Position numbers and translations under genes: made by a program. This document shows, piece after piece, positions 39,111-48,809 of a DNA stretch of 64,000 nucleotides (position 1 is its first letter; the number at the start of each line of letters is the position of its first letter). The stretch covers positions 38,767-102,766 of IMG/VR virus record IMGVR_UViG_3300012006_000002. The stretch is one strand, 5' to 3'. This DNA comes from a virus. The notes under the pieces are model-generated. The model made no database searches, was not told the DNA's origin, and saw only the letters and a program-made list of their open reading frames with translations.

Positions 39111-40349
39111 TTATCGTCCAGTTGCGTTTTTGCGCATTGAACGACCGTGAAGAAGAAGGCTTTTGGCAAACGAAACATCAAAATCTGGCTGGCGGATTGA
39201 CTTGTCCAGCGGCTTTGGCGGATTCTTCTTGCCTCGAAACTGAACGAAAGTAGCAAATGATCTCCGCGGACGATCATCGGGAAGATTTGGATCCTGCTGA
39301 CTCTGTTGTTCCATCGCACGGGCATGGCGGATATCATCTTCTCGGGCAGCAACGTGCCTGTCCCAGCTTCCACCCATGTGCTGAAAACTACCACTTGGGC
39401 CGACCTTGCTGGGATCAAACGTTTGGCCGTTTTCAGCCGCCACTCTTGCGCGATTTGCTGCCCGCTTTTCAGCCGACTTGCCAAGTTTTTGTGCGCTTCG
39501 GATGGAGCGGTCGGCGGCAATTGCCTTTGCGCCTTCCTGATGTCGGCCCGAGCGCATGCGTCCGTTGCCGCTTGCACGGTCGTCACGCTTGTCTGTTCCT
39601 CGTGCGCTTGGCGGCTGACGACGCATGGACGAATACGAAGGCGCATCATCTTCTTCGCCCTTATCCAGTTCCTCTGGTGAAGCAAACGAAGCAAACTTCT
39701 GCCGCTTGCTATTGTTCTCGTTCTTGGTATTCTGCGCCATGGCCTGCGCTGTCCCGGTTCCATGTACAGCCTGTCCATTTCGTGGCCCGCCGAAGTGCTG
39801 TGTCTGTCCCGGAGCGGCCATATTGGGCTTCTTTGCGTTTCCCACTTCCTGCCCGAATTTTGGATGAGAGGAATCAAGATACTGGGCCTTGATCAAGGAA
39901 TACGTTGAATAGTACTCACCAGCAACCGTATCAATTGCGGAACGATAATGAAATTCCGGATCATTTGTCGCAATTCCCTTGCGCAAATCACGCTGCTCAA
40001 TCTCTGTTGCAGACTTTCGGACGCGAGCAAGGTCTTCCTTGAAATGTTTGGCGTCAACACCTTCAATAGCAATTGATCGGGACGACGACGTTCCCTCTCC
40101 AAGCGGAGCAATGATCACGCCATATGCACCATCCTGATGCAACTCAAACTTGTTTCCAACATGCCATGCGCCAATCGTTGCATGCGTCTCAGGAGCGTCA
40201 ATCTTCCTGATGCTTGCGTTATAGTGATTCTGGCTGTATCCATACATGCTTCTCATCATGTCGGAAATAAGTTCATCATTTGGTGCAGACTTGTAGATCT
40301 TGACAGAATCATTCATATTTCCAAGGAATGACGTGGTGTTGCGGTTCAT
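39111..40349 (-). CDS. Putative internal head protein
   Basis: IYKS, MRSMYGY, VRKS, LRKG, LIKA, LDKG, LDKS, FAKS motifs. Confidence 0.6.
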   Translation of the reverse strand: MNRNTTSFLGNMNDSVKIYKSAPNDELISDMMRSMYGYSQNHYNASIRKIDAPETHATIGAWHVGNKFELHQDGAYGVIIAPLGEGTSSSRSIAIEGVDAKHFKEDLARVRKSATEIEQRDLRKGIATNDPEFHYRSAIDTVAGEYYSTYSLIKAQYLDSSHPKFGQEVGNAKKPNMAAPGQTQHFGGPRNGQAVHGTGTAQAMAQNTKNENNSKRQKFASFASPEELDKGEEDDAPSYSSMRRQPPSARGTDKRDDRASGNGRMRSGRHQEGAKAIAADRSIRSAQKLGKSAEKRAANRARVAAENGQTFDPSKVGPSGSFQHMGGSWDRHVAAREDDIRHARAMEQQSQQDPNLPDDRPRRSFATFVQFRGKKNPPKPLDKSIRQPDFDVSFAKSLLLHGRSMRKNATGR

Positions 40350-40365
40350 TATGTTTTCTTCCTTT

Positions 40366-41241
40366 TTACTTGCGTTTTGATTTGGCTTGCCGATAATCAT
40401 CTTCAGTCATTGCGTCTGGCCCCGGACCTGCGGAAAATCCAAAAGGACGATTGGTTTTCATGACTGGTTTTTTTTCAACAGGGGGACGAACTCGTCCCGG
40501 ACGATTTTCCGGACGCTCTTCCTGAATGTTTCTTGTATCACTCGGCAGCGGAATCTTGAACTTGTTTCCGGCCGCAGTGGCAAACTCAGCCTTGCGAAAT
40601 GACTTTCGTGTTCCGTCGGGATTATGCGTTGCCTTTGGATAGCGCTGTCCGTCAAGTCCGGTTGATCCCGGATTCGCTGCCGGATGATAATCGCTAAGAG
40701 TCATTCCGGGAGGAAGGACTTGCCCGCGAGGGGTACGTTTTTGGGGGACAGGTGCAACTCCTGTCATTTTGCCTTTTCGTCGCTCAATTGCACTCGGGCC
40801 TTTTCTTGGCTTGTAGTCTGCGTCCCCAAGCGGATAGTCGTTACCCATGTCATCGAGAAGACCCTTGCCAAAACTCTTCTTCGAGCCATGGCCATATTCT
40901 TCGTGATACCAACTTGGCATTCCAGATACGCCCTGACCTTTTGACTGCTTTTCACGCCATTGACGAATGGCGCGAAGCGTGTCAAGTTGGGTTGCATATT
41001 TCTCTTCCGCTTGCCGAAACTTCGTGTGTTGTCCGGCAGTTTCGGCTTGATGCGCTTGCTTCGCAAAATGATCTCGCGCGTCGAGCGCATCCGCTCGGGC
41101 ATGCGCAATTTGCTGATCGTTATATTGATGATAGTGATGACCAGCCTCGGGATGATAGGGAATACCCTTTTCTGCCTTGGATAAATCCTGAAGTTCAACA
41201 TACGTATTCATTGATTTATTGAAAAGATATCTTCTTGCCAT
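40366..41241 (-). CDS. Putative internal head protein
   Basis: SD GAGGAG; FNKS, LSKA, FGKG, FRKA motifs. Confidence 0.6.
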   Translation of the reverse strand: MARRYLFNKSMNTYVELQDLSKAEKGIPYHPEAGHHYHQYNDQQIAHARADALDARDHFAKQAHQAETAGQHTKFRQAEEKYATQLDTLRAIRQWREKQSKGQGVSGMPSWYHEEYGHGSKKSFGKGLLDDMGNDYPLGDADYKPRKGPSAIERRKGKMTGVAPVPQKRTPRGQVLPPGMTLSDYHPAANPGSTGLDGQRYPKATHNPDGTRKSFRKAEFATAAGNKFKIPLPSDTRNIQEERPENRPGRVRPPVEKKPVMKTNRPFGFSAGPGPDAMTEDDYRQAKSKRK

Positions 41242-41344
41242 GAACTTCTCCTCGTTCGGCACAGTATTGATTTATTATAAACAAATTCTATAAGAAATGG
41301 TTTGCTTAGACAAGATAACAGAAGAAGCAAAGGAGTGTCAACGC

Positions 41345-42148
41345 TTATACGGATACAGGTGCTGATATTGATGGATGACTTTGCAATTCATAAAGAACAA
41401 AATCAGAGGCAGAAAGATTTTCGACTTCCTGAAGAGAAGAGAATGACGGCATTACCAGAGTCGGACGATTGAAAGGATCGCGGGATAACTGTTCACTGAC
41501 TTGTTCAACGTGATTGTCATATATATGGGCATCTCCAAGGGAAAATATCAATGAATGCGGAATTCTGTCTGTAACTTGAGCAAGTATGGAAAGAAGAAGT
41601 CCATACGATGCTATGTTAAAAGGAACCCCAAGAAACATATCTCCAGATCTCTGGGTAACTTTCATTGAAACATGATTATATCCATGACAATATAATTGAA
41701 ACATGACATGGCAGGGAGGGAGTGCCATCGAAGGAATATCGGAAGGATTCCATGCATTCACGACAAGTCTGCGGCTATTTGGATTCGTGCGTATTTCATC
41801 AACAATGTTTTGAAGTTGATCAATTGATCCGGAAGGAGATGGCCAATTTCGCCATTGATGTCCATAAATTGGACCTAGCGATCCGTCGTCTTTTTCCCAC
41901 TCATTCCAGATAGTTACGCGGCGTTCTTTTAGCCAATTATTGTTTGTTTCTCCACGAATAAAAAACAACAATTCCCATACAATGGATTTCCATGCCAGCC
42001 GCTTGGTGGTTACCAAGGGAAATCCATCATTAAAATGGAAACGCATTTCTCTGGGCGCAAAAACACTTCGCGTACCCGTCCCTGTGCGATCCATCCTTCG
42101 AACGCCATGCCTCAGCACTTCGTCTAAAACTTCAAGATATTCCTTCAT
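41345..42148 (-). CDS. thyA: Thymidylate synthase
   Basis: DRTGTGT, LGPIYGHQWR, SRR..AWNP, MALPPCH, QRSGDMFLGVPFNIASY, DAHIYDNH. Confidence 0.97.
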   Translation of the reverse strand: MKEYLEVLDEVLRHGVRRMDRTGTGTRSVFAPREMRFHFNDGFPLVTTKRLAWKSIVWELLFFIRGETNNNWLKERRVTIWNEWEKDDGSLGPIYGHQWRNWPSPSGSIDQLQNIVDEIRTNPNSRRLVVNAWNPSDIPSMALPPCHVMFQLYCHGYNHVSMKVTQRSGDMFLGVPFNIASYGLLLSILAQVTDRIPHSLIFSLGDAHIYDNHVEQVSEQLSRDPFNRPTLVMPSFSSLQEVENLSASDFVLYELQSHPSISAPVSV

Positions 42149-42313
42149 GATGCGCAATTCTTTCCTCGTGGGTAGCCGGATCCGTCGGCGTCTGTTATAC
42201 TAGGGGTGGCGTCATGGATCATCAGCAGCAAATCAGTTTTTTTTGAAAGCCTTTATTTTTGGCGACATTTGTATTATAGTATACACGTGATATAATATTT
42301 GTCGGAGAATAAA

Positions 42314-43462
42314 ATGTCAGTATCGTTAAGAGAACATTTGCTTAGAAAATCCAGACAAGAGTTGAGGGACGCGAATCATTCTTTGGTTTGGTATTCCGCA
42401 ATGCGAAAAGCTGATCTGAACGCACAGGCAAGCGCTGGCGGAAACCCGAGGGCACAAAGTGACTATTGGCAACGATATCACGGAGCGACGCTCGACCAAC
42501 ACTTGAATGATCCGTCCGGGCTTCCTCCATCTGCTCGCGATCATATCGAAAGTCAGCGCGAGTTCTGGCAGGGACGCGCTGGCGCTCCCAAGCCAAAGCG
42601 TACTGCTGCGCCAAAACCTTGGCCAAATGGCGAGAGACGCATTCCCGGAACCGGCGCTCCGGAAGAGCGCGACCCGCGGTCGCTCGGAACCATGAGGAGA
42701 TTACGACGCATTGCAGATAGATATGTTGCAAGCATAGGACTTCCGAAGATCAATCATGATCATCCTCCGATTGCAAAAGTTGATCCGGCATTTCATACTG
42801 AAATGGCTCATGCATTTGAACACATGAAAAATGAACCAAATCATCCTGCGGTAAGAGCATCGTATGATGCACTCGCCAAAGAAACAATAGCGCAATTTGA
42901 AGCGTTACGTCGGGCTGGAGTGAAATTCAAGCCGATTCCCGAGGGTCATGGCGATCCATATGAAGGAAATGCACAAAAGATGCTGCATGACTTGCATCAC
43001 AACAAGACGCTGCATTATTTCCAGACCGCACATGGATATGGCGATGAGGGAGCGAATGTTGATCCGGAGAATAAGCCCCTGACTGCAATCGCCGTAGGAT
43101 CTGATGGAAAGAACTTGCATATAGATGGACATAGTGGTCCGCTTATGGTAAATGATATATTCAGAGTTGTTCACGATGTGATGGGGCATGGGCTTGCCGG
43201 TGGTTCAGGATATAAAGGTTATTCGTTTACTCCTCATGGAGAGGAAAGCGCATGGAGACATCATCTCTTGATGTACACACCGGCAGCACGAATGGCGATG
43301 ACTCAGGAGTTAAGAGGACAAAATTCATGGGTTAACTATGGCCCTCATGGGAAAAAGAATCGAACATCCCCTCCGGATACCACATATGCTGATCAGAAAG
43401 TTGGCTTATGGCCGGAAAAATATCAGGAACTCTATCACAATGAGGAAAAACAAGATGGCTGA
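42314..43462 (+). CDS. Virion-type protein with HDxxGH...E putative metal-binding domain
   Basis: NDIFRVVHDVMGHG...GEESAW...ELRGQNSWVNYGP; N-terminal LRKS and MRKA motifs. Confidence 0.65.
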   Translation: MSVSLREHLLRKSRQELRDANHSLVWYSAMRKADLNAQASAGGNPRAQSDYWQRYHGATLDQHLNDPSGLPPSARDHIESQREFWQGRAGAPKPKRTAAPKPWPNGERRIPGTGAPEERDPRSLGTMRRLRRIADRYVASIGLPKINHDHPPIAKVDPAFHTEMAHAFEHMKNEPNHPAVRASYDALAKETIAQFEALRRAGVKFKPIPEGHGDPYEGNAQKMLHDLHHNKTLHYFQTAHGYGDEGANVDPENKPLTAIAVGSDGKNLHIDGHSGPLMVNDIFRVVHDVMGHGLAGGSGYKGYSFTPHGEESAWRHHLLMYTPAARMAMTQELRGQNSWVNYGPHGKKNRTSPPDTTYADQKVGLWPEKYQELYHNEEKQDG

Positions 43463-43613
43463 AAAAAAAGTTGAAAAAATGAAGAAATCCTCAAGCAGAA
43501 AATCTTCTCCGGTTTCTAAGAAAGTTGCGCAGCATAATTTGGCCGAACACTCTCGACGGTGCGCAATTCCAGAATGGGAATGGGCCATGTATGAAGACGA
43601 AGTTCAGAACTAG
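43455..43613 (+). CDS. Small basic protein
   Basis: SD GAGG; ATG 43455. Confidence 0.45.
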   Translation: MAEKKVEKMKKSSSRKSSPVSKKVAQHNLAEHSRRCAIPEWEWAMYEDEVQN

Positions 43614-43630
43614 TTGAAAGGAAAGAGAAA

Positions 43631-43813
43631 ATGGACGCAAAAAAGAAGCCACAACGCAGTATTGAAGAAATCCTTCAAGGTCGTAATCTTGTAGATCCGA
43701 AAGCATTAGCCGCCTACATGGAAGCCATGAAGAAAGAGAAGGCGATGGAGCGCGAAATGGCTCGCCGTAGGCGCAAAGCTCCTGCCCACGAAAAGCATCT
43801 TCACTACTCGTAG
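43631..43813 (+). CDS. Small basic protein
   Basis: 60 aa; SD AAGGA. Confidence 0.5.
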   Translation: MDAKKKPQRSIEEILQGRNLVDPKALAAYMEAMKKEKAMEREMARRRRKAPAHEKHLHYS

Positions 43814-43821
43814 AAAAAAGT

Positions 43822-46800
43822 ATGACTATCGTATTTCGCAAAACATCGTCAGGAGGAGGTCGTAGCCTTGGCGTGCCCATCGGGCCAGACGGTACTGGAA
43901 CGACAACAAGACGCGAGATAAAAGACAAGATTTTGCGATTTAATCCTTGGCTTGACACTGCCAAAAGAGAAGAAGTTGCTGATCGTCCCGAATCCCAATG
44001 GGGAACGAAGACAAGAAAATGGGTGAAAAAAGAGCTGAGGGACAATCGCTGGACGCGCGCTCCCTTGCGTGCAAAGACTCCGGGCACGGGAACGACAACA
44101 AGGCGAGAGAGAGCGGCCTTGGGTCCAATGGCAACAGCAACACCTCCTGCGCATATGAGAGGAATAGATGGCTTTACAGCGATCCCTCGGTACACAGGAG
44201 GGGGCACAAGGAGGCCTCGCGACAAGGATCCAGATAGCGATGGCTTCACGAGAAATGTAGGCGGGACCGGACAAACTGACGAAGTAGCACGCGCGGCCCA
44301 CGGATGGGGCCACCCCAGCGACTTGTCTGAATTGGCTGGACCAATAGTATCGCCCGTTCGCGGTCCGGAACCTCGTGCGGACGGCAGGCGTCACGCCGAG
44401 GAGTCCCTGCGATTGCCTCATGGCCATGAATTTCAGGATATTGATGAATATCCACCGAAAGGATTTCCTGCGCATTTAAAGGCGCTGACTCCTGATGGCG
44501 GCGGCAGGCGCGTCGGCGATACACCGAGCGGAATAACATTTTCATACGATTATCATTTATCCCATAGCGACGACGATCCCGATCATATGGATGCCGTCGA
44601 ATCAATGCCTCCGGGGATACGGGCTGATGCATCCGGAAAGAAATTCATTCAAAAGATATGTCTTCCAAATGAAAGCACCGCACGTGGAGAAAATGGGATA
44701 TCAAAAGTTGAAGAGTCTCGAAGAAGCACTGTTGGGGAGACTCTTGCCGACCGGATTTATCGTATCTTTGGCGTTCCTGTTCCGCGTTCGCAAATCTATA
44801 GTTTGAAAACAGGATTGCCCGTTCCTCATGATTACCAGTGGGCACCTAACGAATCGGCAACAAGAATATCTGAACATCTTGGAGATGCTTCAAACACGAT
44901 TGCCGGTGATGATGAGGCGCGTAACGGCGGCGTGATCCGGGGAAGAAACCTTGGCTTGGGTCCAATTGGCCGAAATCGTGGACGCTCCAGTTCTGTCGCC
45001 CGTATGTCCGCTCGCGCTTTGCGGGGAAATTCTTCAGGCACTGACGCTAGTACGGATCGCCCGCATGCCGGATTTAACAGAAACAAGAAGCGTTACGCGG
45101 TTGTTCAAGCACTACTTGGAGGCGGTGATGATCATCACCGCAACAGCATGACTGACGGAATAGCAAAGGATATTGTCTGGAAGGTTGACAATGGGTCTGC
45201 ATTGAAACATACTGCATTTGGTTCAGAAAAAGACGAAGAGGAATGGGGAGTTGTTCACCCAAAAACAATTCTTATTCCTGAAATTATAGATCTTCTGCTG
45301 AATAAAACCATTACCTACAGGGAAGCCTATCGGCAAATGGAACAAGTTGCAAAAATATGGAATCGTCAAAAAGATGCAATTGCGCATCTTTACAAATCTG
45401 ATGAAGATCCTGAGCAGTTTCATATTTTTGCCAGTCGGGCCAACAGCATTGCACGGGCAGTTGATCTTATAAAGAGTCCAAGCGAATTACGCAGGGTGTT
45501 TGAGGCACATAAACAAAGACCATATGATGATCCTGCCCGCGTAGGACCAAAAGGCGAAGTGATTCGGAACAGAAGATTTCCGCGAAAGAAGCGATCAGCA
45601 GGATCTGAATCAGGATTCATGGCGCGGTCAATGTTAATGCTAGCCGTTACACCTTTGAAAATCCTGAGGAAAGCGCGTCCGGCTGTGCAGGCAAATCCTC
45701 CGCCGGACACAAAAGATCTTCCCGAAACAGAACTCAATACTCGGGGAGAAAAAATGTATGGTCCATTGCCACCGTGGCCAAAGAGTGATCCGCATACCAT
45801 AGGTGCCACGACACAAGCTGCTGGCATGTATCCATTTGAGGCAAGGCGACGAGCGGCGCTGGAGCAGGGTAATCCCTCTGCCAGAAGAGATTTCAGGCGG
45901 TTGCCGAGAGCCGTGCGAAGAAGAATGCTTGAGATGCACAACCGTGCGGGGGGGGAAGTTCCTGCCGATCTTCGCGACTTGTATCTCGGAGATGAGTATC
46001 GCCCCGGCCGCACAAAAGTCCAATCAAATCCCGGAACATCGGCCAAGGACAGGACTGTACTTCGAGGATCTCCTCGATGGAATACCGCCCGGATTCTTCC
46101 TGTTACATCAACGGTATTCGGTCCCGGACAGAGAATGAGGGGCAATCGTTTCCATGCCGAAGAAGCATTGAAACTTCCGGATGGTCACGAGCATCAGGAC
46201 ATCGGGGAAACCCCTCCTCACGGATTTCCTGATCACCTCAGGGAGCTTCATACACGAGGTGGAGGAAGAAGACTGCCCATTAGTTTAAGTGGTATCAATT
46301 TTGATAGGAGCAGGCATGAAAGCGCATCAAGATATGATGCAAATGCCAAGAAATACATGGCTACCTTCAAGAGATGGAGGCCGGGTATTCGGGAGACTGC
46401 TGACGGACGAAAGTTCATTCAGAAAATCTGTCTTCCTGCGTCGTCGTCGCATTCTGCGCACATGGCAGGAATGAGTGCTGCCGACAAATCTCGGGAAAAC
46501 ACTGTTCACGAAGCAATTGGAGATCGTTTGTTGCGAGTATTTGGAATTCCGGTTCCGAGAACACAGTTATACAGTCTTGCAACCGGAAAACCCGTTCCTC
46601 ATGGTTATCAATGGAAACCCGACGAGATGGCCACCAGAATATCTGAACATCTTGGACCAGAATCAAAGACAATGGCCGAACATGGCGTTTCTTGGGGTCC
46701 GGACGCTATAGCAGCCACGAATTGGCGAGGAAACAAGAAAAGATACTCCATGGTTGCGGCGTTGTTTGATTCCGATGGTGATGATCATGAGGGAAACAGC

Positions 46801-47256
46801 ATGACCGATGGTGTGCATTTTGATATTCCTTGGAAAGTTGATAATGGAGCAGCGCTGAGTCATGATGCATGGGGAAGAAGGAAGAGACATTGGGTCCGAC
46901 ATGAACCAAAGAGCATATTGCTTCCTCAAATTTATTATGCACTAACATCAGGAAGTATTGACTTTCATCACGCATTTGATCAAATGAAACAAATTGCTGA
47001 AATCTGGGCCAAACAGAAAAATACAATTAAAAAAATATTTGCCGATGAAAAAGATCCAGAGCAGTATCAGATTTTCAAGAGTCGCGCTCAAAGCGTTGCC
47101 CGTGCAGTAAATGTTCTTGGAAACGCACGAAATTTGAGAAGATTGATTGAGCGGCATCAAAGAATAATTCCTCAAGCCAACGCAGGAAAAACAAGCGCAA
47201 AGAGAAAAGTGCGTCGCGCAGGACTTGATTCCAATGCCGATATTGTCAATCCATAA
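43822..47256 (+). CDS. Protein with two HipA/PI3-PI4K-like kinase domains
   Basis: Each domain has FIQK, E..[AG]DR...FG[VI]PVP, DxHxxN (DDHHRN, DDHEGN) and WKVDNG. Confidence 0.75.
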   Translation: MTIVFRKTSSGGGRSLGVPIGPDGTGTTTRREIKDKILRFNPWLDTAKREEVADRPESQWGTKTRKWVKKELRDNRWTRAPLRAKTPGTGTTTRRERAALGPMATATPPAHMRGIDGFTAIPRYTGGGTRRPRDKDPDSDGFTRNVGGTGQTDEVARAAHGWGHPSDLSELAGPIVSPVRGPEPRADGRRHAEESLRLPHGHEFQDIDEYPPKGFPAHLKALTPDGGGRRVGDTPSGITFSYDYHLSHSDDDPDHMDAVESMPPGIRADASGKKFIQKICLPNESTARGENGISKVEESRRSTVGETLADRIYRIFGVPVPRSQIYSLKTGLPVPHDYQWAPNESATRISEHLGDASNTIAGDDEARNGGVIRGRNLGLGPIGRNRGRSSSVARMSARALRGNSSGTDASTDRPHAGFNRNKKRYAVVQALLGGGDDHHRNSMTDGIAKDIVWKVDNGSALKHTAFGSEKDEEEWGVVHPKTILIPEIIDLLLNKTITYREAYRQMEQVAKIWNRQKDAIAHLYKSDEDPEQFHIFASRANSIARAVDLIKSPSELRRVFEAHKQRPYDDPARVGPKGEVIRNRRFPRKKRSAGSESGFMARSMLMLAVTPLKILRKARPAVQANPPPDTKDLPETELNTRGEKMYGPLPPWPKSDPHTIGATTQAAGMYPFEARRRAALEQGNPSARRDFRRLPRAVRRRMLEMHNRAGGEVPADLRDLYLGDEYRPGRTKVQSNPGTSAKDRTVLRGSPRWNTARILPVTSTVFGPGQRMRGNRFHAEEALKLPDGHEHQDIGETPPHGFPDHLRELHTRGGGRRLPISLSGINFDRSRHESASRYDANAKKYMATFKRWRPGIRETADGRKFIQKICLPASSSHSAHMAGMSAADKSRENTVHEAIGDRLLRVFGIPVPRTQLYSLATGKPVPHGYQWKPDEMATRISEHLGPESKTMAEHGVSWGPDAIAATNWRGNKKRYSMVAALFDSDGDDHEGNSMTDGVHFDIPWKVDNGAALSHDAWGRRKRHWVRHEPKSILLPQIYYALTSGSIDFHHAFDQMKQIAEIWAKQKNTIKKIFADEKDPEQYQIFKSRAQSVARAVNVLGNARNLRRLIERHQRIIPQANAGKTSAKRKVRRAGLDSNADIVNP

Positions 47257-47272
47257 AATAAGGAATACATAA

Positions 47273-48781
47273 ATGCCAAAAAAAACGACTTCCATGTCGC
47301 CGGACAAAGCAGCTATACATCAAGCGGTGAGAGCGCAGTTGGATCAAGCACGAAAAGTGGCCCTTCCACGGGAAGAGACGCTTACTCCAAGAAGATTGAG
47401 GGCAGCGTTGCGTGGCCCTAATGCGTCGACAGACAAAAGTACCCCGTCTTCAATGTCTGTGCAAACACCTTCGTGGTGGCAGTCGAGTCCAAGCCAGACA
47501 GCATCCACCACGCCGAGTCCAACGAGACCATCGCGGGGGGCACGTGTAGCGGGAAGGCGGGGAGGATCTGATCCCGACTCGCAATTTGCGCAGGGCAACC
47601 GATGGGCGGTTCCGGGAAAGCCACCGAGAGCTGGTGCGCTAACTTCTCCTGTTCGCGGGCCAGAACCGCGCGCGGACGGCAAACGTCACGCCGAGGAATC
47701 CCTGCGATTGCCTGAAGGTCATGATTTTCAGGATATTGATGAATACCCCCCCAAAGGGTTTCCGTCTCATTTGAAGGAACTGACTCCTGATGGCGGCGGC
47801 GAGCGGCTTCCCATAGAGCCGGGGGGAGTAACGTTCAGCGAGCGTTTTCACGAAACCAACAGCGGAGACGATCCTGAACACATGGCTAATTTTCATGCCA
47901 TGAAGCCGGGTATCAGAAAAACTGCTGCGGGAAAATTGTTTGTGCAAAAGATAGGCCTTCCATCTTCGTCAAGAAGGGAAAGCCCAGTTGATGCGTCCAG
48001 AAAATCCACGAATGGTGAAGTCATTGCCGACCGTATTTTCCGGATTCTGGGGGTTCCAGCTCCACGGTCGCAAGTGTATAGCATGAAGACCGGATTACCT
48101 GTTCCTCATGATTACCAGTGGGCACCCGGAGAAGCATCAACGCGAATATCAGAGCATGTTGGCAAAGATTCCGGAACAATAGGTGATTTAGCATATAGAC
48201 ATGGTGATCATATTAGAGAAGATTGGAAAAGCAACGAAAAAAGATACGAGGTTGCAAAAGCATTGCTTGCCCATGGGGATAATCATGAATATAATACCAT
48301 GCTTGACGGGAAGCATATGGATGTTCCTTGGAAAGTGGATAATGGCTCTGCATTGAAATATGATGCGTTTGGAGGAACCAAGCACGAGAGTGTATGGGGC
48401 AAAGTGCCAGCCAGTGATGTCATATTTCCTCAACTCCTTGAATCAGTTATAAATAAAAAAATAACGCCAAGAGAGGCATACCGGCAAATGGAAGGTATCG
48501 CCAAGATATGGCGTCGTCACCGGGGAGCCATTGAGAAGATCTACAAAAACGAAGAAGATCCCGAGCAGTTCAAGATCTTTGCCAGTCGCGCCGATAGCAT
48601 TGCAAGAGCTGTTGACATGTTCAAGGGTCCGAGAGAGTTTGCCCGAGCGCTGAACCACAATTTAGAACAAGGATTCGGCCCGTTACAGGACCATGCACCA
48701 AAGCGCAAGCCCAAGGGATCAAAGTTCACCGTGGGATCGGAGTTCATGGCCCGTTCATTCAGGTGGGGCATGAACGTCTAG
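47273..48781 (+). CDS. HipA/PI3-PI4K-like kinase paralog
   Basis: FVQK, EVIADRIFRILGVPAP, DNHEYN, WKVDNG. Confidence 0.75.
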   Translation: MPKKTTSMSPDKAAIHQAVRAQLDQARKVALPREETLTPRRLRAALRGPNASTDKSTPSSMSVQTPSWWQSSPSQTASTTPSPTRPSRGARVAGRRGGSDPDSQFAQGNRWAVPGKPPRAGALTSPVRGPEPRADGKRHAEESLRLPEGHDFQDIDEYPPKGFPSHLKELTPDGGGERLPIEPGGVTFSERFHETNSGDDPEHMANFHAMKPGIRKTAAGKLFVQKIGLPSSSRRESPVDASRKSTNGEVIADRIFRILGVPAPRSQVYSMKTGLPVPHDYQWAPGEASTRISEHVGKDSGTIGDLAYRHGDHIREDWKSNEKRYEVAKALLAHGDNHEYNTMLDGKHMDVPWKVDNGSALKYDAFGGTKHESVWGKVPASDVIFPQLLESVINKKITPREAYRQMEGIAKIWRRHRGAIEKIYKNEEDPEQFKIFASRADSIARAVDMFKGPREFARALNHNLEQGFGPLQDHAPKRKPKGSKFTVGSEFMARSFRWGMNV

Positions 48782-48809
48782 CATTAATACCACGACAGGA
48801 GATATATCA

